This document shows positions 56,291-64,000 of a stretch of DNA of 64,000 nucleotides, piece by piece. Position 1 is the stretch's first letter, and every line of letters starts with the position of its first letter. The stretch is from an uncultured virus (IMG/VR IMGVR_UViG_3300025121_000020) (Duplodnaviria > Heunggongvirae > Uroviricota > Caudoviricetes): the IMG/VR virus record IMGVR_UViG_3300025121_000020; one strand, given 5' to 3'. The notes under the pieces are model-generated. The model was not told the origin of the DNA and ran no database searches. It worked only from the letters and a program-made list of their open reading frames with translations. A program made the translations under genes and the position numbers.

Positions 56291-56448
56291 GGCAGGGGAG
56301 CGCTTCCGACTCCCTGGCTCCAGAACATCGGGAGGGCGGGTGGCACCGCACGCCCTGAATATCTCTCGGGGCAAAGCAACCAGACCAGGAATGTGTTGGT
56401 GCACATCCTGACCCAGCGGGGGAGGCCGCGCGCCAGACAGCGGGATTT
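56291..56448 (+). ncRNA. unassigned pseudoknotted RNA, copy B
   Basis: identical blocks CATCGGGAGGGCGGGTGGCACCGC and TGACCCAGCGGGGGAGGCCGCG shared with copy A. Confidence 0.75.
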
Positions 56449-56475
56449 ATTATCTATAACTCGAGGTGCGCGTAC

Positions 56476-57321
56476 GTGAACCACCACCACATCAAGCAGG
56501 CACTCTCCCTTCTTGGCTTCGACCCTCTCCCGTCTCCAGATCGCGCCGGCATGCTCGATCAACTCGACGTCGCCGCGCGGTCCGTCGGGTACGACGTTTC
56601 CTGGTACCTGACTTCAGACGCCACTTTCCACCGTGGTTACGTGCTGGGGTCGCTCGGTTGCGCTCTCCTGGACGGCGTCGCGGGGTACGAGGGGGAGCAC
56701 GTGGCCGCTTACCGTGACGGGTACCGGTTGGGCCTGGCGAGTCGGGAGCGCCTCAGCCCCCCCTCTCATCGCGATGTCACGCGGGGGGCACCGCTGCCTC
56801 TCTCGGATACTACTCCCGATCGACGCGTAGCGCAGCCCATGGTGTTCGGTCGCGGCGCTGATGGGTTCTTCGTTCCCGTCGGGCACGCGGTCCACGTGCT
56901 GAGCGAGCGCGTGGATGTGCACGGGAACGCCTACCTGCTCGCGGAGTGGGGAGGATTCCTCATGCTGGTGGGGGAGCCCGAGCGGAAGCTCGCGCCCGTC
57001 GCGGGGTTCGAGAGAGACGTCGACCGCGCGGAGATCCTGCGCGAGTGGTTCGAGGGGCCGGATCCTGGCATCTGGGAGGAGGACGCCGTGCTGCACGCCC
57101 GTCTGCTTGAGCTGGTGCCCACGGCGGGGAAGCGAGACGTGCAGACCGCACGCACGGCGTACGGTCGGCGCAAGGATGACCAGGCTCTCGGTTGGGTGCA
57201 GGCCAGAGTGTACGCTATGAAGGAATGGCGTAAGACCGATACATCGCTGTCTTTTACGGATCGTTTCGCGTCCCTGCCCGAACTGACCCGCTTGTCGTGC
57301 GCGTGCGCGAGGGGCATGTGA
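56476..57321 (+). CDS. hypothetical protein
   Basis: SD GAGGTG; overlaps pol start. Confidence 0.65.
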   Translation: MNHHHIKQALSLLGFDPLPSPDRAGMLDQLDVAARSVGYDVSWYLTSDATFHRGYVLGSLGCALLDGVAGYEGEHVAAYRDGYRLGLASRERLSPPSHRDVTRGAPLPLSDTTPDRRVAQPMVFGRGADGFFVPVGHAVHVLSERVDVHGNAYLLAEWGGFLMLVGEPERKLAPVAGFERDVDRAEILREWFEGPDPGIWEEDAVLHARLLELVPTAGKRDVQTARTAYGRRKDDQALGWVQARVYAMKEWRKTDTSLSFTDRFASLPELTRLSCACARGM

Positions 57322-60158
57322 CGGAAGACGCTGCATACCTGGCAGGATACTCCCTCTGCCGCACCGCGGACGAGTGGCGCGCGTGTCTCCGTGATGCGCA
57401 GGACGCCGCGGAGGTAGCGGAAGACTACGAGACGCGTCCTGCGCCGGATATGTACTCGCACGAGAAGAGCCCGCTCCGTCCCGAGCAGGGAGCGCTCATT
57501 TGCGGTATTTCCCTCGCGTGGAGGGCGGGGGGCGCACTGCGCTCCTGCTACGTCGGATTCCGCCACGACCCGCGCTGGCAAGTTGGGTCGCAACCGGACG
57601 CGGAGGAGGTGCTCGAGGCGTACAGGGAGTGGTGCAGGAAACGAGAGAAGATCTACCTATTAGACCGATGGCGTGGTCTTCGCATTTGTCACAACATGCG
57701 AATGGAGGACTCCCAGAACCTCCGGGAACAGATTCCCTGGCCGCTGCAGGGGCAGCGCCACGACACGATGCCCGCCTATCGCATCACGTCTCGTGGTGTC
57801 GGGATCCGGGAAGTGATCGGCTTGAAGTCCTTGCGCAACAAGTGGCTCCCGGGGCGGGGATACGCGGATCAGAAGGACGAACTGGACGCGTGGCTCAAAG
57901 GTAAGGGCTACAAGGCGGGGCGCGACATCTGGCGCGCGCCGATAGAGCTGGCAGGCAAGTACGGGGCCGGTGACACGTGCTCGAACCTCGAGCTCTGGGA
58001 GCTGGTGAAGCCCGAGCTGTTCCGCCCGCACGACGGCGGGCTCGGCTGGTGGTGGCAGCGCGGGCACTTCGAGATCAAGGGGGAGCAACCCCTCGCTGAC
58101 CTGTACGAGCTGGAGATCGAGACGTGCGCGCAGGCGGTCCTGATGGGGCACGCTGGGAGCCGCTTCGACTTCGCGAAGGCCGAGAAGCGCGCGGCACAGG
58201 CTCAGGCACTGCGAGACGCGTGCGACGCGTGGGTGCGTGACCACCTACCTGCCGATGCTGGGTGGATATCTAAGGGGAAGGAGTTCAACGCTGGTTCCAC
58301 TCAGCACGTCCAGCGCCTCTTTTTCGGGGACGGAGGAGAGCACGCGGGCTTCGGGCTCGAGGTGTCCGCCGAGCACATGAGCCAGAAGTTTCAGGAAATG
58401 AGCGCGGCGCAGCAGGAGGCAGCGCTGGCCGATCCGGTCAAGAAGATCCACTACGCGGCGCTGGACGTCGCTGCGATGGATCACTACGCCAGGGAGTATC
58501 CGGAGCATGGGGACATCATCTTCATGATCGGCGTGCGGCGCAAGATGATGACGGTGCTCACGTGGGCGCAGAAGGTACCGGATCGTTACGCTGTGCGCGC
58601 GTGTCCGGATCCGTGGTGGGACGCGACAGACCCGGATCGACCGTCGGTGGATTTGATATTCCATCAGATCGGCACGGTTCAGACGATGCCGGGGCGCATG
58701 AGCAGCTCGGACTACAATGGGCAGAACGTGAGCGCCGACAAGGTACTGCAGATCAAGGGGAGGGCAATGGCGCTGCTGTCCGCGCACATGGACGTGGATG
58801 CCTTTGGCGCGCTATCGCGTCTCCTGGAACCTCGGGCGGACGGGAGCGTCGATCTGGGGATTCGGTGCCTGTTTCTGACGCGGGAGGGTAGCGCGGGAGC
58901 CCCGATCGACATGTCCCAGATCGAGGTGCGAGGGTTCGCCGGCCTGACGAAGAACAAGATGCTCTGCGAAGGGTACGGTGTTCCGCCGACGCAGGAACAA
59001 GTGGCCGCGGAACTTGGCCTCCTGCGGGCAGTCGGAGAAGGTAGGCTGACGACTGAGGAGTACCTGGCGCAGTGCGTGCTGGACCCCCTCCGGCACTGGC
59101 GCGGTGTCCCGATCGACGCGCACAGCCTGGTGGCGTCCATGACGCTGGATGACGCCGACGTCCGCAAGATGCTGGGGGTCGACGTCTCGCGCGAAGTCTT
59201 CGACGACGTATTGCAGCTCGTGGCGTCTGATGAAGAGCGTGCCGCGCTCCTGTCCCTGATGATGCTGGGGGACGTGGAGGTGGACCAGGACCAGGACGCG
59301 GCCGCAGTCGCCGTAACACACGCGAGGAAGGGGACGTCTCCAGCGGGGGCGTTGGTTCGGGAGATGCCCATTGAGGCGATTCGAGACGCTGTTCGCGGTT
59401 TAGACCCTCAGCGTGTAGGGTCCGTCGAAGCATTCGTAGACATGCTCGTGAAGCTTCGAAAAGGCAAGAAGAGCATCACGTTCGGCATCATGTACGGCAT
59501 GGGTGCCGCGAAGCTCGCTCGGAGCCTGGGAATGACGTATCTCGAGGCGCGCGACTTCCTGGACAAGAAGTATTTCGCGCGCTTCCCAGAGGCGAAGACG
59601 ATCCCGAAAGACATCGAGCGAGCGATCATCCGGCGCGCTAATGCGGGCAACGACTGGGTAGGGTGGATGCGGAACCCGAGCGGGCGCAAGTTTACCTTCC
59701 GCGTCGAGTGGCAGCACTACCCGTCCGATCCGAAGTGCTCGGCGTGCGGGAAGCTCCCGGACAGGACGCGCTTCCGCCCGTGCGACAAGTGCCACCTGTC
59801 CGCCGTCGGGGCGTACGTGGCGGTGAACAGGTTCATCCAGGGGTACGCGGCGGCGCTCTACAAGGTGGGGTATGTGCGGGCGAACCAGCTCCTGGGGATG
59901 CGCACCTTCGGGGGAGGTGCCGTGCACCCGGTCACGCGACGACCGACGCAGAAGAGTTTCGGGGAGCGGGCGATCCACGACGAGACGATTTTCATGCTCC
60001 GGAAGGAGATCGACACCCCGCTCACGGATTACTGCCTGCGGAGCGCGATGACTCTGATGACGGGGGTGGGTGTGCCGCTCGAGACGAGCTCGGAGAGGTA
60101 CGAGAGAGAGTGGGGGAGGAAGAGGAGCGTGAAGTTTACGAGGTTTGAAGTAGCGTGA
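57318..60158 (+). CDS. polA: family A DNA polymerase with 3'-5' exonuclease domain
   Basis: DYET, CHN, YGAGD; DMSQIEVR, KSITFGIMYG, IHDE. Confidence 0.93.
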   Translation: MTEDAAYLAGYSLCRTADEWRACLRDAQDAAEVAEDYETRPAPDMYSHEKSPLRPEQGALICGISLAWRAGGALRSCYVGFRHDPRWQVGSQPDAEEVLEAYREWCRKREKIYLLDRWRGLRICHNMRMEDSQNLREQIPWPLQGQRHDTMPAYRITSRGVGIREVIGLKSLRNKWLPGRGYADQKDELDAWLKGKGYKAGRDIWRAPIELAGKYGAGDTCSNLELWELVKPELFRPHDGGLGWWWQRGHFEIKGEQPLADLYELEIETCAQAVLMGHAGSRFDFAKAEKRAAQAQALRDACDAWVRDHLPADAGWISKGKEFNAGSTQHVQRLFFGDGGEHAGFGLEVSAEHMSQKFQEMSAAQQEAALADPVKKIHYAALDVAAMDHYAREYPEHGDIIFMIGVRRKMMTVLTWAQKVPDRYAVRACPDPWWDATDPDRPSVDLIFHQIGTVQTMPGRMSSSDYNGQNVSADKVLQIKGRAMALLSAHMDVDAFGALSRLLEPRADGSVDLGIRCLFLTREGSAGAPIDMSQIEVRGFAGLTKNKMLCEGYGVPPTQEQVAAELGLLRAVGEGRLTTEEYLAQCVLDPLRHWRGVPIDAHSLVASMTLDDADVRKMLGVDVSREVFDDVLQLVASDEERAALLSLMMLGDVEVDQDQDAAAVAVTHARKGTSPAGALVREMPIEAIRDAVRGLDPQRVGSVEAFVDMLVKLRKGKKSITFGIMYGMGAAKLARSLGMTYLEARDFLDKKYFARFPEAKTIPKDIERAIIRRANAGNDWVGWMRNPSGRKFTFRVEWQHYPSDPKCSACGKLPDRTRFRPCDKCHLSAVGAYVAVNRFIQGYAAALYKVGYVRANQLLGMRTFGGGAVHPVTRRPTQKSFGERAIHDETIFMLRKEIDTPLTDYCLRSAMTLMTGVGVPLETSSERYEREWGRKRSVKFTRFEVA

Positions 60159-60202
60159 GGTGCTCTCCAGAGCTGATTCAATACTTGAGGAAAGGATGTT
60201 CA

Positions 60203-61375
60203 ATGTCCGACAGAACTAACGTCACCATTGTTGCCGACAGTCGCAACGTTGCCACCGGTGACCGCATTACTACCTTTCTCCTCTCAAACCTTATGGCGGT
60301 TGAGTTGATCGACCTCCGGACGCACCGGGCTACCTCGTGGTCGGTGCGCTCGAGCCGGACGATGCCCCCGGACGAGTTGCGGCAGTCGTGCTGTGACACT
60401 CCCAACGGCCCGGACGCGTGGTACACTCCAGGGGAGGGAAAGATGGGGAGGGGAGATATTCTAAAGAGCGATACCTTTCCTTTTCTGTGGAAGGAAGCGG
60501 CCGGGAGTGCAGCATCGTTTCACGCTGTGTTCTGCCAGTACGGTGCCCACACCGAACTCGCCAATATGCTCCTCCTACCCTTCCTGCGCTACTCGGCCGT
60601 GGTTACGACTACGGAGTGGGGCGGGTTCTTCGCTCAGCGTGCAGTGCTGGACGATGAGAAGCACGGTCCGCGGCGGGACGTGCGCTTGCGGGTTCTGGAG
60701 ATGCGGAAGCAGTACGAGGCATCGGCACCCGTACTTCTCACCCCAGGAGAGTGGCACCTTCCTTTTGTGACGCGGACGGAGCGTGCGGGCTCGAGCGCGG
60801 AGGACTGTGTCAAGCTCAGCGTCGCCCGTTGCGCGCGAGCGTCAACAGGCAAGGAAGGCGCGGGGGGCGCCGGCCTCTACGACTGGCTCCTTCGGCAGAC
60901 ACCGATGCATACCGGGCCGCTAGAGCACGCGGCGGAGGCTGCGCCATTCTCCGGGAGATTCGGAAACCTAGTCGGGTGGCGTAGCGTGCGGAAGGGTATC
61001 CCCGGGGAGGCGAACGGGGACTACACCAAGAAGATCGAGGTGGTCTACGTCGCCGGTCCGTTTCGCGCCGCTACAGGATGGGGCATCGAGCAGAACGTGC
61101 GTAGGGCAGAGCAGGTGGCGCTCGAGGTGGCGCGGCGGGGGTACACGTACCTGTGCCCGCACATGAACTCGAGGTACTTCCACGGGGAGGGGAGCGAAGC
61201 CTACTGGCTCGAGGTGACACGGAAGCTCATGCGGCGCAGCGATGCGCTGGTGCTCGTTGAGGGATGGGAAGAGAGCCGTGGAACACTAGGGGAGATCAAG
61301 GAGGCGAAATGGCTGGGGATGCCGGTGTTCGAGAGGGTGGAAGACTTGCCTTGTATTAACAATCAGAGAGGTTGA
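60203..61375 (+). CDS. thyX: ThyX-like thymidylate synthase fused to a DUF4406/deoxyribosyltransferase-like domain
   Basis: THRATSWSVRSSR, SVARCARAS, HTGPLEH; C-terminal VYVAGPF...GWEESRG..GE. Confidence 0.75.
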   Translation: MSDRTNVTIVADSRNVATGDRITTFLLSNLMAVELIDLRTHRATSWSVRSSRTMPPDELRQSCCDTPNGPDAWYTPGEGKMGRGDILKSDTFPFLWKEAAGSAASFHAVFCQYGAHTELANMLLLPFLRYSAVVTTTEWGGFFAQRAVLDDEKHGPRRDVRLRVLEMRKQYEASAPVLLTPGEWHLPFVTRTERAGSSAEDCVKLSVARCARASTGKEGAGGAGLYDWLLRQTPMHTGPLEHAAEAAPFSGRFGNLVGWRSVRKGIPGEANGDYTKKIEVVYVAGPFRAATGWGIEQNVRRAEQVALEVARRGYTYLCPHMNSRYFHGEGSEAYWLEVTRKLMRRSDALVLVEGWEESRGTLGEIKEAKWLGMPVFERVEDLPCINNQRG

Positions 61376-61376
61376 G

Positions 61377-61934
61377 ATGCTCATCTGCTTAGAAGGAATC
61401 GATGCCTGCGGGAAGGACACGCAGGCTCAACAACTGGTCGACGCCCTTCCTGGGGCGGAAACGCTGCACTTTCCGGTCTATGACTCTGTGACCGGCAAGG
61501 TACTGCGAGAGATAATGCAGGGGGAGGAGATCCACCCGCTGCTCTTCCAAGCTCTCATGACCCTGAACCGCCTGGAGGCTCTCCCCCTCCTGCGCAAGCC
61601 AGGTACACTGGTGCTCAACCGGTACTGGCAATCCGGAGTCGCCTACGGGGCTGCAGACGGCTTAGACCCAGAGTGGCTCGAGGCGCTCCACAGTGTGTTG
61701 CCCGTCCCGGACCTGTGCATGCTGATCGACGTCCCGGCCGAGGTGAGCATGCTCAGGCGCTCATCGCGGGACGACGCTTACGAGACGGCGGAGCGCGTTA
61801 CGCTTGCTCGGCAGCACTACTTGGACTTATGGGCAAGGCATCGGGCGGATCCGGGGTGGTACGTGGTCGACGGGACGCAGAGTGTGGAAGATGTTCACCA
61901 GCAGATCGTGGAGCTGGTAGGAGACAAGGTATGA
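61377..61934 (+). CDS. tmk: thymidylate kinase
   Basis: EGIDACGKDTQ, HFP, NRYWQSGVAYG. Confidence 0.9.
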   Translation: MLICLEGIDACGKDTQAQQLVDALPGAETLHFPVYDSVTGKVLREIMQGEEIHPLLFQALMTLNRLEALPLLRKPGTLVLNRYWQSGVAYGAADGLDPEWLEALHSVLPVPDLCMLIDVPAEVSMLRRSSRDDAYETAERVTLARQHYLDLWARHRADPGWYVVDGTQSVEDVHQQIVELVGDKV

Positions 61935-62275
61935 TCGTCCTGGGCAAGAACGGCGAACCCTTCGCTACTATCACGCAGCCATTCCGGTCCGCGAAATTTC
62001 CACTTTCTGGTAAAGTGACGGCGGACTATCAAGGGTTCCACCGTGGAGACGCGGTCGCAGCCCTTCCCAGTTCTACAAAAGACGGGATTGTCCGGGTCAT
62101 ACTGATTCGTGTGCATGCGACGGACGAAGAGTTGGTGCGGGATCCGAAGCCCCTCGTAGTCGACGGGTGGGTCGCGGGGAAGCCCAGTGCGGCGCTTGAG
62201 CACGTGTATGACGACATCATTGCCGCGTCGAAAGAGTTGAACGCTTGTCTCAAAGAGGAGAAGCGGCGTGGCTGA
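61931..62275 (+). CDS. hypothetical protein
   Basis: ATGA overlap with tmk. Confidence 0.55.
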   Translation: MIVLGKNGEPFATITQPFRSAKFPLSGKVTADYQGFHRGDAVAALPSSTKDGIVRVILIRVHATDEELVRDPKPLVVDGWVAGKPSAALEHVYDDIIAASKELNACLKEEKRRG

Positions 62276-62654
62276 GTCAACCGCTACCACAGCGCTCATG
62301 CGAGATCTCCGGAAGGTCGAGTGCCACGTTCAGAAGCTGGCGGGGTCGTTTTACCAGACGGGGGTCCCGGATCTCTACGTGCTGAATGCGCGGGGCAGGC
62401 ACGTCTGGATCGAGATGAAGTACGCCGTACGCAAGCCCTCAGACGTGATCGGTTGGCTCACTCTCTTCGGTAGTCGCGGACGTGCGTTACAGGATGAGTT
62501 CACCCGCGCCGTGTGCGAGCGGGACCCGCTAGGGGCGTGCGTCGTGGTGGCTCACCCGGAGCTGTGGGCGCTCTACCAGCCGATAGACAGGCCGAAGTAC
62601 AAATTGTGCGTGACGGGGCGGGATGCCGTCCTAGAATGGATATTGCGTGGATAA
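62268..62654 (+). CDS. VRR-NUC/PD-(D/E)xK nuclease (resolvase-like)
   Basis: E...GVPDL...WIEMK...Q. Confidence 0.8.
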   Translation: MAESTATTALMRDLRKVECHVQKLAGSFYQTGVPDLYVLNARGRHVWIEMKYAVRKPSDVIGWLTLFGSRGRALQDEFTRAVCERDPLGACVVVAHPELWALYQPIDRPKYKLCVTGRDAVLEWILRG

Positions 62655-63546
62655 GCTTGACGACATCAACGGTCTCCTTGACAGCATCGGTGCACCTGAG
62701 CACGAACATAAGCACGAGTACGACGTCGCGATCATCGACGGGGGCGGCATCGTCCACCCATGCTTCGCGATCGTCCGGAAGGACGATGCCCTGCCCGACG
62801 ACGCTTTGATCCGTGAGGTGTGCTCACTGTTTTGGGGAACGGTGGATCCTTACTTGGATGACGGCGCTGAGTGCGTTATTGCCTGGGACCCGAAGGACAA
62901 CCGAGACTACCGCGCGGCCATCCTCCCCTGCTACAAGCACGGGAGGGGAGCACGGGATCCGCTTCTCAGGGGGAGCATGATCGAGATCTTCAAGCAGGCG
63001 CGGGCCAAGGGATACAGGCAGGTGATCGTACCGGGCTACGAGGCGGACGACGCGATCGCGTCCCTGGTTCGGGAGATGCGCGCGACGAGGCGAGTCCTGA
63101 TCGTGTCTGAGGATCGTGACTTGCATCAGCTCGTGGGGGACAACGTCAGGCAGGCTCACCCCCGAGCGGGTATCACATGCGACGAGGCCGTCATCGAGAC
63201 GCGGTCCGAACATTCTGCGGAAGACCACACGGCGCGGAAGGCAATCAAGGGGGACACGGGGGACAATGTGCGCGGTTTGCCTGGAGTGGGAGAAAAGAAG
63301 GCAGATGCGATCTTGGTTGTATACCCGGATTTCGTGGACGACTGCCAGGGAGGGGTGGTAGAGTGGAACAGACTGCCCGCTGACATCCTGAAGGCGCTGA
63401 TAGGGGCGGGCCAATTGATGGTCCATCCGGTGCGAAGCAAGGCGGATAAGAGGGTGTGCCGGGAGGTAGACGCGCTCGTGGTGGTGAGGGACGCGGTGAG
63501 GGAGACGTATAGGCTGGTGGCGCTGGAAGACGGGCTGGGGGTATGA
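62647..63546 (+). CDS. 5'-3' exonuclease (FEN/PolI N-domain family)
   Basis: IIDG, WD, YK..R, EADDAIA, SEDRDLHQL, GDTGDNVRGLPGVGEKKA. Confidence 0.93.
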   Translation: MDKLDDINGLLDSIGAPEHEHKHEYDVAIIDGGGIVHPCFAIVRKDDALPDDALIREVCSLFWGTVDPYLDDGAECVIAWDPKDNRDYRAAILPCYKHGRGARDPLLRGSMIEIFKQARAKGYRQVIVPGYEADDAIASLVREMRATRRVLIVSEDRDLHQLVGDNVRQAHPRAGITCDEAVIETRSEHSAEDHTARKAIKGDTGDNVRGLPGVGEKKADAILVVYPDFVDDCQGGVVEWNRLPADILKALIGAGQLMVHPVRSKADKRVCREVDALVVVRDAVRETYRLVALEDGLGV

Positions 63547-64000
63547 CGGCCACAGGCGGTACTACATAAGACCGTCTTAATTCACCACAGTCCAGATCCC
63601 CCTCCAGAAGTGTGCAACGTGCGCCCGCCCTCTCTTGAAGTCGCGGTACCGCTGGTGTGCTCATGTCTTCCGAGCAGAGCGAGAGCCTGTGCGTCGAGTG
63701 CTTCGCTATGGAGAGGTGGACGTGCGCGTTCTGCGGGAAGGCTATGGTATGGCTCGAGGCAGATGACATCATACCAGAGAGGACGAAATGAGCTTACGAA
63801 GATTATTAGCGAAAGCAGAGGTAGAGAAGCAGCGCCTGGCGGAAGGTATCACCGCTGAGACCGTCGGGTCCGTCGCCGAGCTCCTGACCGAGGTGATCGG
63901 CGCGATCCGAGGCATGCTCGACAAGCGCAAGCGCCCGGTGTGGTCGATGGGATACGCGAATGACCATCGAACTATCCAGATCGACTCGGAAGGAACGGCG

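Overview
A GC-rich 64-kb segment of a large tailed-phage (or phage-like) genome. Replication and repair genes: PolA-family polymerase, stand-alone 5'-3' exonuclease, SF3-type helicase and TOPRIM primase next to an AT-rich iteron region, SNF2 and DinG helicases, RecJ, an SMC-like ATPase and a ParB-like protein. Nucleotide and modification genes: ThyX-like fusion, Tmk and a Dam-family methyltransferase. Other genes: a terminase large subunit split into two genes 3 kb apart, a repetitive fibre protein and many small hypothetical ORFs. The most striking content is RNA-based. (i) One intact IS607 (TnpA+TnpB) plus three dispersed remnants that lost the proteins but kept omegaRNA scaffold. Two remnants retain the 3' end, have new guides and sit inside Shine-Dalgarno sequences at GAG| sites, suggesting one nuclease served by several trans guides. 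(ii) A cluster of 2-3 related pseudoknotted ncRNAs I cannot assign to a family. (iii) A type III hammerhead ribozyme. (iv) A tRNA-like RNA with an aberrant anticodon arm. Long genes also show a C-rich-start/G-rich-end gradient, and perfect microsatellites are common. All calls are by eye from motifs; no searches were run.
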